Positions 10,380-21,223 of a stretch of DNA of 64,000 nt are shown piece after piece. Location of the stretch: positions 6,052 to 70,051 of the forward strand of contig CAWDQB010000056.1 of NCBI GenBank assembly GCA_963804315.1, written 5' to 3'. The DNA comes from an uncultured Acidobacteriaceae bacterium. GTDB taxonomy: Bacteria; Acidobacteriota; Terriglobia; Terriglobales; Acidobacteriaceae. The notes beneath the pieces are model-generated. The model was not told the origin of the DNA and ran no database searches. It was given only the letters and a program-made list of their open reading frames with translations. Every line of letters starts with the position of its first letter. Positions within the stretch are counted from its first letter, which is position 1. The translations under genes and the position numbers were made by a program.

Positions 10380-11135
10380 ATGGCTGCCAGCATACCAACT
10401 CTGGATTTGGAGCAGGAATTTACCAGCGGTTTCTTCGATTCATCGGCATTTGCCGCGCAGACTCTCAGAAACTGGCAATCACTGGCTTCCGTGATCGACC
10501 ACACCTTGTTGAAGCCGGAGGCCACGCGGCTCCAGGTTAAGAACCTGTGCGAAGAAGTGATGCGCTACCGCTTTGCCTGCGCAATGGTGAACCCCGTATG
10601 GGTCTCGACCGCCGTCAGCGCGCTTAGCGGAACGGGCATTCCGGTCGGCGTGGTAATCGGATTTCCGCTGGGCGCTATGCTGGTTTCGACACTGCGTCAG
10701 GAAGCGACGGCTCTGCTTCGTCTAGGAGCGCGGGAGTTGGATATGGTGCTGCCTGTCGGACAACTCAAAAGCGGCAACCATCAGGCTGTCGCGCACGCCA
10801 TTCATACCGTTGCCAAAATTGCGCATGATCGCGGTGCACTGCTCAAGGTGATTCTGGAGACCTCGCTGCTCACCGTGGCGGACAAGCTGCGCGCCTCGGA
10901 GATCGCCATACAGGCCGGAGCGGATTTCATCAAGACCTCGACGGGCTTTGCCCAAGGCGGGGCAACCCCGACTGACGTGGCCCTGATGCGCGGGGTGGCA
11001 GGCAGCCGCTGCGGCGTAAAAGCCTCCGGCGGCATTCACACTTTGGCTCAAGTCAAAGCGATGCTGGAAGCTGGCGCCAACCGCATCGGTGCTTCGGCCT
11101 CCGTGGCCATCGTGCGCGAATTGGGCGCGGAATAG
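10380..11135 (+). CDS. deoC: Deoxyribose-phosphate aldolase
   Basis: IDHTLLKPEAT, IGFPLG, LKVILET, FIKTSTGF and VKASGGI motifs. Confidence 0.96.
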   Translation: MAASIPTLDLEQEFTSGFFDSSAFAAQTLRNWQSLASVIDHTLLKPEATRLQVKNLCEEVMRYRFACAMVNPVWVSTAVSALSGTGIPVGVVIGFPLGAMLVSTLRQEATALLRLGARELDMVLPVGQLKSGNHQAVAHAIHTVAKIAHDRGALLKVILETSLLTVADKLRASEIAIQAGADFIKTSTGFAQGGATPTDVALMRGVAGSRCGVKASGGIHTLAQVKAMLEAGANRIGASASVAIVRELGAE

Positions 11136-11168
11136 AGTCCTGCCCGCATCGAATTGGGCAATTGAAGA

Positions 11169-13763
11169 TTACCTCTCCATAGGTTCAGTCCTTTTGGATG
11201 GTTCAGAATTCTTGTTCGTTCCTCCAGTGTTCGAGGTAGTTGCGGAGGCAGGCCGGTTGAACCACTGCGAATAGACCAGGACGCTGTAGATGGGCAGTCC
11301 GACGGCGGACTGAACGGCTGCCTCAAGAGCCTTGTTCACCAGATCTTTGCCTGTCGAGTGGGGCAGGTAGAGAATGTCGCGGTCATGCACCGCCTGATCA
11401 GGGTCCTGACCGTGGATCATGCGCTTGAGGTTGAGCGTAGTGATTGTTCGTCCGCTCTTCTGTTCACGGATCAACAGCGCCTTGGAGCTGGCGGCATTCG
11501 GCAGTCCACCCCATGCCAGCGAGAGAGCCTGCACAACGGTCAGCCCTTGCGCGGGATCGACTGGGAATCCTCCGGGACGAACGACATCGCCGATGACGTA
11601 CACCAGACCTGCCCGGCTGACTTGAACGGTGTCGCCGGGGGACAGCTCCGGATTGTGTTCACTGACGGTATCGGTTCCGCCAGGGTCCAGCACCACTGGA
11701 TGCGGAGTCTGCATATCGTTGCGATGAAAGATGTTGACCAGCCGTCCGGCATTGGGCGCCAGCCCCGAGGCCGCCGAGATCAGGTCCAGCAGCCGATGAT
11801 GCAGTGTGAAGGGATAAACGCCGGGACGGGCTACCTCGCCCAGCACGCTCACATCCTGCCCGATATAAGACGTGACCAGCACTGTCACCTGCGGATGGAG
11901 GAGCATTCCGCGCGCTACCAGAGCGGCTTCAATAGCCCGCGCGGCGGCCGGCTCATCCAGTCCATTCAGCTTCACTTCGCCGGCCAGGGGTAGTGTCACC
12001 GTACCGGCGGGAGTGACGCGGACTGCGGAGTGGAACTCCGGTGTGTGAACCTCGCTGATGTCGAGAAAATCTCCAGGAGCGATAGGTGCGGGCATCGGCG
12101 ACGCCAACGGCAACGGGGCTAGCGGCTGCCCGCTTTGGCTTGCGAGTGAACCTGGATTGTCCCAGACTGCCGGAGAATCCTTTGTATCCGGCAGTTTTTG
12201 CGCTGCTGAACTATCAGGAAAACGCACGACGCCGGTAGGAATGCCGGAGGTGCTGGGCGCAGGCGTCTGCCCTTGGACCGCAGACCCGGCCAAAAGGATC
12301 GCGAGCAGAACAGCAAGAGTTCGAGGACGGATGGATTCCAGCATGAGTGTGACTCCTACCGCCAGCCAGAGACCTACAAAGAGCGTAATAGCCATGTAGA
12401 GCTGTAGATTGGGTGTTACCGGCTTGACCGGTTGCCGCGCCGGGTCCACCACGTAGATGTTGGAGCTTTGAATGCCTGCGGCAAAGCCTGCTTCCTGCGC
12501 CTTCTCCAAGACCCGGACATACAACTCATGACCGGCAGTGGACTCCATGCGCAGCGCCGCTTCCTCAGTGGCCGCTTCATTCACTTTCATGCCCTCGCCA
12601 GTGAGTTCTTCAAGACTCTTGCGCGCCAGTTGCTCACGGTCCACGGCCGTCTGCCATGCATCATGGAAGCGCTCAGTCAGCTTTGCATCCTCGGCCTGCT
12701 TCTGCCGGTCAAGATCTTTCAACTGCTGGCGGATCTCGACGACACGGGGAAAGTTGGGGCCGTGTTCGATGCCGAGCTGGGCCTGTTCTTCTTCCAGTTC
12801 GCTGCGGCGGGCGTGAATCTGCTGGAGCTGCGCGGTGGCGAGGCTGCCGCTCTCGGCTTGCAAGTGCGGGTCGGCGGCGAAGATCAGCTCAGGATCGCTG
12901 TGTTGCGCGGCGCGATACTCGGCTTCGCGCAGGATGCGGTCGGTGGAGAGTTCGACCAACTGGTGATTCAGATCATCCAATTCCACCAGCGAGGCGGTAT
13001 GCTCGCTCTCGCCTTGCTGGCCGTTGGCCTTCGTCTCGGGCGTGGTGAGCAGGCCATGTTCACGCTGAAAGGCAGCCAGCCGCTGGTCATTCACTTCCAG
13101 ACGGGCCTTCATTTCTTTGAGCTGGCTCTGGAGCCACTCCGAGGCCTGCAAGGTGGCCTGCATCCGCGCATCGGTGTCTTGCTGGCCGTAGGCAGCGATC
13201 AGCGCGTTCACCACGCTGGCCGACAAAGCTGCATCCCGCGAGCGAAAGCGAATCTGAATCAGCAGTGTGCGCGGCAAAGTCTCGACATGCAATCGTTTTT
13301 GAAACCTCTCCAGCAGCCAGGACTGGGCTTCGGGCGAAGGCGATTCCGGGTGGAAATCAGGGAATTTGCTGGTAAATCTACCTTTGAAGCCCGGCGCTTG
13401 ATAGAGCTTGAGGGTCGAGATCACCTTCCAGGCAAGTTGGTCGCTGCGAAAGACATTGGCCAAAGTCTCCTGCTGCAGAGGCGCGGAGAGGATAGAGGCG
13501 GCCATCATCGGCTCCGCCGCTTCCAAGCTGAGCGTGGAAGAGGGTGAAGTGCGCAAGGCCACACGGGCACTGGCTTCGTATTGGTTGGGTGCAATAAGGC
13601 AGTAGAGCAGGCAGGCCAGCAGCAATCCACCGACAAGCGAACCAATCAAACGGCGGCGGCCAAGCAGCACAACCCACAGCTCGCGCTGAGTACGGCTGTA
13701 GCGCGCACCGTGTGCGGCGGCTTCCAATGGCGAGTTGGATGAAGCAGAATTTGCGTCCGGCAC
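11169..13763 (-). CDS. Fused polysaccharide co-polymerase (GumC/Wzc-like, no kinase domain) and OPX/Wza export protein with SLBB domains
   Basis: N-terminal TM, coiled-coil, HGPNFPRV and VVDPARQPVKPVTPN plus TM; then PIAPGDFLDI, GTVTLPLAG, VSVLGEVARPG and VYVIGDVVRPG in one frame. Confidence 0.85.
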   Translation of the reverse strand: MPDANSASSNSPLEAAAHGARYSRTQRELWVVLLGRRRLIGSLVGGLLLACLLYCLIAPNQYEASARVALRTSPSSTLSLEAAEPMMAASILSAPLQQETLANVFRSDQLAWKVISTLKLYQAPGFKGRFTSKFPDFHPESPSPEAQSWLLERFQKRLHVETLPRTLLIQIRFRSRDAALSASVVNALIAAYGQQDTDARMQATLQASEWLQSQLKEMKARLEVNDQRLAAFQREHGLLTTPETKANGQQGESEHTASLVELDDLNHQLVELSTDRILREAEYRAAQHSDPELIFAADPHLQAESGSLATAQLQQIHARRSELEEEQAQLGIEHGPNFPRVVEIRQQLKDLDRQKQAEDAKLTERFHDAWQTAVDREQLARKSLEELTGEGMKVNEAATEEAALRMESTAGHELYVRVLEKAQEAGFAAGIQSSNIYVVDPARQPVKPVTPNLQLYMAITLFVGLWLAVGVTLMLESIRPRTLAVLLAILLAGSAVQGQTPAPSTSGIPTGVVRFPDSSAAQKLPDTKDSPAVWDNPGSLASQSGQPLAPLPLASPMPAPIAPGDFLDISEVHTPEFHSAVRVTPAGTVTLPLAGEVKLNGLDEPAAARAIEAALVARGMLLHPQVTVLVTSYIGQDVSVLGEVARPGVYPFTLHHRLLDLISAASGLAPNAGRLVNIFHRNDMQTPHPVVLDPGGTDTVSEHNPELSPGDTVQVSRAGLVYVIGDVVRPGGFPVDPAQGLTVVQALSLAWGGLPNAASSKALLIREQKSGRTITTLNLKRMIHGQDPDQAVHDRDILYLPHSTGKDLVNKALEAAVQSAVGLPIYSVLVYSQWFNRPASATTSNTGGTNKNSEPSKRTEPMER

Positions 13764-13967
13764 AGCTTCAGAACCTCTGTTCCAACCGTCCTTGGAAGGG
13801 CCAACCCTTCACTTGAATCGAGAAAAGACCGCGAAGGAAATCTCCGCCAGTTTGATTCATTGGAATCAATCCGTCAATAGACAAGCTGAAAAAAGAAAAC
13901 TGGATGTGGAAAACAAAGGCGAATCAAGCGCATCTGCTTCGATACTAAGCGATTCTCCGGCTATCGC

Positions 13968-16904
13968 TCAAGGCGCTGTTTTGATGACATGGAAGCTCTC
14001 GGAAGGTCCGAGAGTGCTACGCCCGGCGCTTGCTGAGAACTCGGATACATTGCCGGCCCTTGGCTGCCGCAATACGATCTTTTCGAGCACGACTCCAGGA
14101 TCGAGGGCATGAATCTTCAATGTGTGGTAGCCGCGAGCGGGGATAGTAACCGTTGCCGGAAGGTGCCGGACGCCCTCAGTGACCACTTTTTCCCACTCCG
14201 CTAGCGTGTTGTTCGCCATGGCATCGAATAATGTGGACGCACCGTCATCCACACCAATCGCAAAGCGAAGTCCGCGACCGGGCTGGACGCTCATTGTGGG
14301 AGCCAGAATAAAATCGCCGTCAAATGCGCCCGCGTCGTCAAAATAAACCCTGTATTCAAGAGTGGCGGATCGGGCGGGATCGGCTGCGCTCTGCGCGTCC
14401 ACTGGAAAGACAGTCATGGCGGAGAGAGTCTCGCCGTAGCCGGGCAAAAGCTCCCAGCGCAAAGGGCCGGTCCCTTCACTCCGGGCGGTGGTGTGCTCGG
14501 CTTCGATGCTCAGGCTGCCGCTGACCTCGGCAAATCCGTTGAGATTTTCACGGCGCACTTCGGCCGGTTGATTGGCCCGCACGCGCACGGTGTACGACGC
14601 GTCGCCGTCCTGGGTGATGTGAATAGCGGATTCATCCGTACCAGCCGGCGCAGTTGCCCAGTCGATTCCAACCTTCAATGACTCATCTGCATTCACGGTG
14701 CCTTGTTTCGCGCTCAAGCGTATCCACGGCGCATCAGCTTTGGCGGTCCAATGAAAGGTTTCCAGGCCCATGTTGAAGAGGGTGATGCTCCGGGTCTGTT
14801 GATTGAAACTGTCGAAGGTCGGCAGCGTCAGCGCAGACCAATCCCTTCCATTCATTGCACGCTCCGAGCCTTCAGCCGCTACACCCATTCTCGGCTCTTC
14901 GAGGGGCTGGACATACTGCACAGCCGGCATACTGTTCACCGGCGGATCGTTCCATGCTATGTATCCGATATGAGTCTGATCCATCATGTGGTTCCACTTG
15001 CCGTTGAGCAGTCGGTGATTGTATTCATCACTCAACTTGGCATCTTCAGCAAAGAGACGGCGCGTCTCTTCGGCGGCATCATTGGCGCTTCGGCGTCCCT
15101 GCGCGGCCCACAGTTGATTCCGGCCCGCCGCAATGTACATTTCGTTGACGGTCGCCGATGCCTTCAGGGGATACAGCACCAGCTCGAAGTAAGCGGCTTG
15201 CGCCTCTGCCGGAAGCTGGCCTTGCACCGCCTCGGCCTGGGCGACGATGGCCTTCCATTCCGCATCGACGCGTTCGGCTTCGTTGTCCTCGCTTTGGCTC
15301 CAGGTGGAGGCATCCACAAGCTCGGGCTTGCGCCTGCCGTTGTATTGCGTATACCGGGCGAGCAGATCGGCAATGGCGTCGGCGTGCTCCGCTCCGAACT
15401 GCCGGGCCGCCCAGGCGCGCGTCCATGGTTCGACATCGTTCTGAGTCATTACTGTTCCAAGACGCGCCATATCCAGGAAAAACTCGATAGGCATCTCCAT
15501 CGGCTTGAGATCGCCGACGTTGACGATCCAGATTCGCCGCGCATCGTAATGAAGCGCTAGATTCATCTGCTCCCAAACCTTGGGAAGCGGATACGTGCCC
15601 AGCCACTTATACGAGCGCGGACCTCCGACATAATCGAAATGGTAGTAGACGCCTGCGCCGCCGCTGCGTTTGCGCTCAGCCGGAGTGGGCAGTCGGCGGA
15701 TATTGCCCCAGTTGTCATCGCACCACAACAGCGTTACATCATCGGGCACGCGCATTCCTTTTTCGTAGTAGCCCTGGACTTCTTTGTACAAAGCCCAAAC
15801 TTGCGGATCGCTTTTGAGTGTGGGCGTTGCGTGATCGGCCAGGATCTTTCTTTGATCGGCAACAATTTTTTCTAGCAGCGCCACATCCTCGCTGGCCGAC
15901 ATCGGCAGATCGCCGTCGCCCCGCATGCCGAGCGTGATCAAGCTCTCGTAATTCGAGTTGCGTTCGATTCCCTCAGTCCAGAAGCGGCGTAGTTCGTCTC
16001 CATTGGCGGCATAATTCCACTCCCCGGTACCGTGGCGCTTCCACTCCTGCTGCGCTCGAATCATCGGCTCATGGTGCGATGTGCCCATCACGATGCCATA
16101 TTCGTCAGCCAGCTTCGGATTCAGCGGATCATCCTCATTGAAGGCGCTGCCCCACATTGCCGGCCATAGACAGTTCGCCTTCAAGCGGAGCAGCAGCTCA
16201 AAGACCTTCTCATAAAACTGGTGGTTATAACCGCCAAATTTCTCCTTGGTCCAGCCGGTCAGCGCCGGAGCCTCGTCGTTTAGGAAGATGCCGCGATACT
16301 TGACCGCCGGTTCGCCTTCCACCCAGCGCCCTGCCCGCACGTACAGCGCATCCTTGTGCTGCACGGGTACGTCGGCCCACCAATACCAGGGCGAGACACC
16401 GATCTGCGCGGAGAGATCGTAAATGCCGTAAATCGTTCCACGCTTGTCGCTTCCGGCAATCACCAGCCCCCGCGCTACGCCGGGCAACGGATGCTCCACA
16501 ACCTGAATGAGCGTCGATTCCCACTTGCCCTTGATTGGAATCACATCGATCTTCCGTTCGCGGATGAGCCTATCAATGACCGCGTTTTTGCCGATGGTTC
16601 CGATCAGGATCACGTCACCGGCGAGTGTCTTTGCGCTCTCTGAGAACTGCGCTTTGCAACCGCTTACCCGAAAGATATCCGCCTGCAGATCGCGGGCCGC
16701 TCGCGCCACGCCGGGAAAGTCATCCTCGTCCACATAAAGCTTGGCGCAGACCCCATTATCCACCAATTGAAAAGATCTCTTCTCAGGGTTTGTTTCGATA
16801 TAGTTGAGCTGCTCCAGCGCCCTGCAATGCGAAGCGAAAAGGATGACCGCGCCGGCAAAAATCCAAGACGCGATCCAATGAAAAGATTTAGATAGATTGC
16901 TCAT
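13968..16904 (-). CDS. Glycoside hydrolase family 115 (alpha-glucuronidase)
   Basis: GSDKRGTIYGIY, GVSPWYWWADVP, YRGIFLNDEAP, LWPAMW, GTSHHEPM, DDNWG and IVNVGDLKP motifs; start uncertain (16904 or 16928). Confidence 0.93.
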   Translation of the reverse strand: MSNLSKSFHWIASWIFAGAVILFASHCRALEQLNYIETNPEKRSFQLVDNGVCAKLYVDEDDFPGVARAARDLQADIFRVSGCKAQFSESAKTLAGDVILIGTIGKNAVIDRLIRERKIDVIPIKGKWESTLIQVVEHPLPGVARGLVIAGSDKRGTIYGIYDLSAQIGVSPWYWWADVPVQHKDALYVRAGRWVEGEPAVKYRGIFLNDEAPALTGWTKEKFGGYNHQFYEKVFELLLRLKANCLWPAMWGSAFNEDDPLNPKLADEYGIVMGTSHHEPMIRAQQEWKRHGTGEWNYAANGDELRRFWTEGIERNSNYESLITLGMRGDGDLPMSASEDVALLEKIVADQRKILADHATPTLKSDPQVWALYKEVQGYYEKGMRVPDDVTLLWCDDNWGNIRRLPTPAERKRSGGAGVYYHFDYVGGPRSYKWLGTYPLPKVWEQMNLALHYDARRIWIVNVGDLKPMEMPIEFFLDMARLGTVMTQNDVEPWTRAWAARQFGAEHADAIADLLARYTQYNGRRKPELVDASTWSQSEDNEAERVDAEWKAIVAQAEAVQGQLPAEAQAAYFELVLYPLKASATVNEMYIAAGRNQLWAAQGRRSANDAAEETRRLFAEDAKLSDEYNHRLLNGKWNHMMDQTHIGYIAWNDPPVNSMPAVQYVQPLEEPRMGVAAEGSERAMNGRDWSALTLPTFDSFNQQTRSITLFNMGLETFHWTAKADAPWIRLSAKQGTVNADESLKVGIDWATAPAGTDESAIHITQDGDASYTVRVRANQPAEVRRENLNGFAEVSGSLSIEAEHTTARSEGTGPLRWELLPGYGETLSAMTVFPVDAQSAADPARSATLEYRVYFDDAGAFDGDFILAPTMSVQPGRGLRFAIGVDDGASTLFDAMANNTLAEWEKVVTEGVRHLPATVTIPARGYHTLKIHALDPGVVLEKIVLRQPRAGNVSEFSASAGRSTLGPSESFHVIKTAP

Positions 16905-17141
16905 CTGGCTTTGGCTCCGGCAATCCATTCATAAAAGCACCCAAATATCAAACTTGCCCAAGGCAGGATTCTATAGAGTCACTGAAAAGAAAAGGCTAGG
17001 CTCGCCGTACGCCAAGTTTGAATTCGTATAGGCTTCACCAGCATAGAAGTGCAACACACCGTATACAGTATCACTCTTCTCCCAGACAGGAGCGATGTCT
17101 ATTCAATCATTCGTGCAAGAATTGAAGACAGGGAGAACCGT

Positions 17142-18251
17142 TTGAAAGCATGGCCTCTGGTGGGAATCGTACTGATGCAGGCTCTACTGCTTGCGGCGCA
17201 TTGGTTCATCTATCGCACTTGGATCGCCTTTTGGCCGCCTCTTAGCCCGCTGGCCGCGCTGGTGTTGCGAATCGTAGTGATGGTATTGGCCTTCAGTTTC
17301 ATTACCGCCGCGCTGCTGGGCTTCCGATATTCCAACTTGGCGGTCACACTGCTTTACCGGTTTGCCGCCGTCTGGCTAGGCTTTCTGAACTACTTCTTCT
17401 GGGCTGCGTGCCTTTGCCGGATCGTCCGCTTCGTGCTGGTGCTTCTAGGGCTGGCGGCGAACAAACCGCTGCTGGTCGCTGCGTTTTTTGGCTTGGCCGT
17501 CGCAACGGGAATCTATGGCCTGGTGAATGCGCGCTTCATCCGCGTTCGCCGCATTTCCGTCCAACTGCCCGGCCTGCCTGAACTCTGGCGCAAACGCACC
17601 GCCCTGGTCATTAGCGACATTCACCTGGGCCACATCAACGGAGCTGCATTCAGCCGCCGACTCGCGACCCTGGCAACGCGCCTCAAGCCTGATATCCTCT
17701 TTATCCCCGGCGATCTCTTCGACGGCGGTAAAGCGAATGTGGCTGCGCAAGTTGATCCATTACATCAACTTGCGCCACCCCTGGGCAGCTACTTTTCAAC
17801 CGGCAACCACGATGAGTTTGGCGACATGACCCTCTACAAGAAATGCCTCGCCCGCGTTGGCATTCGCATCCTGGCCAATGAATTGGTTACCGTCGATGGA
17901 CTCGACATCCTTGGCGTCAACTATGGCGACTCCAGCTCCCCCATGCGGCTGCGTGCCATTTTGGAAAGCCTGAACCGTGTTCCCGGCAGAGCGAGCATTC
18001 TGCTCAATCACGTACCCAATCGGCTGCCCATCGTCGAACAAGCGGGCATCAGCCTCCAACTCTCCGGCCACACCCATAGAGGGCAAATCTTTCCATTTAC
18101 ATGGTTTACACGCCGCATCTTTGGCAGCTTCACCTACGGTTTGCAGCCGCTCGGCAGTCTGCAAGTACTTACCTCTAGCGGTTCCGGAACCTGGGGTCCG
18201 CCGATGCGGGTCGGAACCAGCCCAGAGGTTGTCCTGCTCACCTTCCAATAA
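17142..18251 (+). CDS. Membrane-anchored metallophosphoesterase (YkuE-like)
   Basis: N-terminal TM helices; SDIH, GDLFD, GNHD, SGHTH and GTWGPPMRVG motifs; TTG start after AGGGAG. Confidence 0.88.
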   Translation: MKAWPLVGIVLMQALLLAAHWFIYRTWIAFWPPLSPLAALVLRIVVMVLAFSFITAALLGFRYSNLAVTLLYRFAAVWLGFLNYFFWAACLCRIVRFVLVLLGLAANKPLLVAAFFGLAVATGIYGLVNARFIRVRRISVQLPGLPELWRKRTALVISDIHLGHINGAAFSRRLATLATRLKPDILFIPGDLFDGGKANVAAQVDPLHQLAPPLGSYFSTGNHDEFGDMTLYKKCLARVGIRILANELVTVDGLDILGVNYGDSSSPMRLRAILESLNRVPGRASILLNHVPNRLPIVEQAGISLQLSGHTHRGQIFPFTWFTRRIFGSFTYGLQPLGSLQVLTSSGSGTWGPPMRVGTSPEVVLLTFQ

Positions 18252-18522
18252 GTCCAAACCTCCTCCGTTCTCTGGGAAAGAAACAATTCCTAGTGAAGTT
18301 CGCAAATTATTGATTTCATTAAGATTAACATCTATGGATCATTTCGCACCGTTCTTAAGGGATGGGATACCGGATTCATAAACAGAACCGCTGTGGCATT
18401 CCTTCTCAATGAATCGCTTTCAACGATTCAAATTGGAATACAAGCTTTCATACAGGCGAATGGGATAACGGTGCTGGTTCCGATGGGCTGCTTTCATTAT
18501 GAAAGCAGCTTAAAGTGGAAGT

Positions 18523-20936
18523 ATGACGCTTTCATCCTCCCCTACTTCTAATTTCCGACTGGCACTTCGTGGCTTGGCTGGCCTGCTTTCCGTGCTGTTG
18601 GTTGCGCAGTCAGCAGGTGGACAAATGGCCACGGGCACGGCAGCCTTACCTGCCTCTTCGGCTCCTTCCACGGCAAAGAAGCCGACGTTAAAACCTGTCC
18701 CAAAGTCTGCGCACACGGCGAGGAATCCCGTTTCGGCAGGCAAGAAATCCGCGAAACAAGCAAAGCGAACCGGCAAGAAGCCGCTCACTTCCGCGGCTCG
18801 CGCGGCGCGGCGAGCGCGCACAGCGCGGATCAAACTGGCCTTTCAAGCCTCCACCGAGCTGCGTCCGATGGCCCAGCAACTCGCCACGCTGCGCACTCCG
18901 GCGGCGTATGCTGGGGTGACCAAGTACGCCAAGAGTCATAGCGGCGAAGCAGCATCAGCAGCGTATTTGGCACTGGGCCACGCCTATCTGTTGGACAAGC
19001 GCTACGCTGAGGCAATTGATGAATTTCGGCTGGCGAAGAAGGCCGGCGCGGAGCTGGCCGATTATGCCGACTTCCTGAATGCCCGCGCCAATCACGAGGT
19101 GAGCAATGAGGAGACGGCGGAAGGATTGCTGCACGGCTTTGCGGAGCGATACCCGGAGAGCATCTTTGTCGCCGAGACACCGGAGCTGGAGGCCAGCGTG
19201 CTGCTGGCGATGAAAGACGCGGCGGGAGCGCAGAAGGCGCTGGCCGCGGCGGGAACAGCGTCGGTCAATCGCACCGGTTATCAGCTCGCGCTGGCCGAAG
19301 TGGCTTTTGCGCTGGGTCAGGCGCAGCAGGCCGAGAGCCTCTACAAACGGCTGCTGCTGGCTCATCCGCTCAGCTCAGAGGCGGAGATTGCGCGCGCCAA
19401 ACTGACGGCGATGGGCGCGGAGAGCAGCCTGACCACGGCGGAGTTGCGCTCACTAGGCGATGCTTACTACAATGCCGGACGCTATGAAAATGCGGAAGAA
19501 CAGTATCGCGCGCTCGTTCAGCGGTCGAGCCTGGACACGGTCAGCCGCAATGGATTCGCCGTAGCCGCCGCGAACTGCGACTTGAAGTTGAAGAGACTCA
19601 CAACGGCCGAGGCTGAGGCCCTGCCGGACACGATGGATGAAAATGGCGCGCGGCGGCTCTATCTGCTGATGGAACTGGCGCGCAATCGAGGCGATCTGGA
19701 GGAACAGCAGCGCATTGTCGCCCAGATGGAAACCAGCTTCCCGCAGAGCAACTGGCTGGCCGAGGCGCTTTACGACTGCGGCAATACCTTTCTGCTGCGC
19801 CACGAGTACCCGGCGGCGGTGGAATATTATGGCACCCTGGCCACGCGCTTCCCTGACAGCAAGCACGGCTCCGCGGCGCATTGGAAGGCCGGCTGGCTGA
19901 GCTACCGGCAGGGTCTCTATGCGGACGCGACGCGGCTCTTCGACGAACAGATTCGTCTTTATCCCAGCTCGACCGAAGCGGTGAGCGCACTCTACTGGCG
20001 AGGGCGGTTGTATGAGACGCAAGAGCACAAGCCGGCTCAAGCCGCGGCCAACTATCGCGCCATAGTCCGCGCCTACCCGCATTACTTCTATGCGCAGATG
20101 GCGCGGCAGCGGCTGGCCGCATTGGGCAACACTCAGCCCGCGCCTCAACCGTCACTGAACGCCATTCAGCCGCAGCCGGTGCCGACGCTCGCCGAGCGCT
20201 TTCCCGCCGACAGCCCGCATCTGGCCAAGGCACGGCTGCTGGCTAACGCCGGACTGAACGATTACATCGCCGAGGAGATTGCCGCCGACCCGGATTCAGC
20301 CGACTGGAGCGCGCTGGCCGAGGCACAGATCTATGCGTCGTACGGCGAGGCCTTTCGCGCCATCCGAGCGCTCAAGCGCGCGCTTCCCAGCGCCGCTTCA
20401 GCTTCAATCAATTCGATTCCACTGGCTTACTGGCGTATCCTCTTCCCTGAACCCTGGTGGGATACGATCAAGGCCGAAGCGGCCAAGAACAATCTGGACC
20501 CGTATCTGGTGGCCGCGCAGATTCGCCAGGAGTCGGAGTTCAATCCATCGGCTGTCTCTTCGGCTAACGCCTGTGGATTGATGCAATTGCTGCCATCCGT
20601 GGGAAAAACGCTGGCGCGGGAAGAGGGTATGAGCAACTTTCAGAGCTTTCAACTCTTCGACCCAGCCACCAATATCCGTTTGGGAACCAGATACTTACGG
20701 CAAACGCTGAACAAATTCGGCGGCGTCACCGAGTACGCGCTGGCTGCCTACGATGCCGGTGACAGCCGCGTGGAAGAGTGGGAGGCCGCCGGACCCTATC
20801 GGGCATCGACGAGTTTGTAGAATCGATTCCCTTCACCGAGACGCGCGGGTATGTCGAGAGCATTCTGCGCAATATCGAAATCTACAAGGAGATCGACGTG
20901 GCTGCCGCGCAGGACAAAACGGCGGCGAGCCGGTAG
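18523..20936 (+). CDS. Soluble lytic transglycosylase with TPR/superhelical domain (frameshift near 20801)
   Basis: IRQESEFNP, GLMQL, NIRLGTRYL, AAYDAG; the conserved tail IDEFVESIPFTETRGYV continues in another frame to TAG at 20936. Confidence 0.88.
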
Positions 20937-21054
20937 ACGGGGAATGCAAGGCAATTTGGCAGCAAGGAGGTACTGCGATCCTTCCGCAGTACTCCGATTC
21001 AGCCGGATATGATATATATTGAATTACCTTACTCGCCCATCCGGAGGAGCCAGC

Positions 21055-21150
21055 GTGACCTCCATCGATGTTGAAGTACTTCTGCCCGTGCATAACGAAG
21101 GCGAGAGTATTGAAGCAACCATCCGCGCAATCTATGGCGAATTGGAAGCA
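21055..21150 (+). pseudogene. Truncated 5' fragment of a GT2 glycosyltransferase (copy 1)
   Basis: GGAGGAG RBS and GTG start; VTSIDVEVLLPVHNEGESIEATIRAIYGEL is a GT2 N-terminal motif, after which similarity stops. Confidence 0.7.
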
Positions 21151-21223
21151 GTTAATTGGCTCTGCCTGGATTCTGAAGGTTAGTGCGATATTGATTAGTA
21201 GACGGTTGCAGAAAGAGGAATAT

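Noticed and set aside
12432-13547. 371-aa plus-strand ORF
   Set aside because: Antisense to the PCP-OPX gene; an artefact of codon bias.
20966-20995. Hairpin after the lytic transglycosylase as an intrinsic terminator
   Set aside because: The stem is present but has no U-tract, so support is insufficient.
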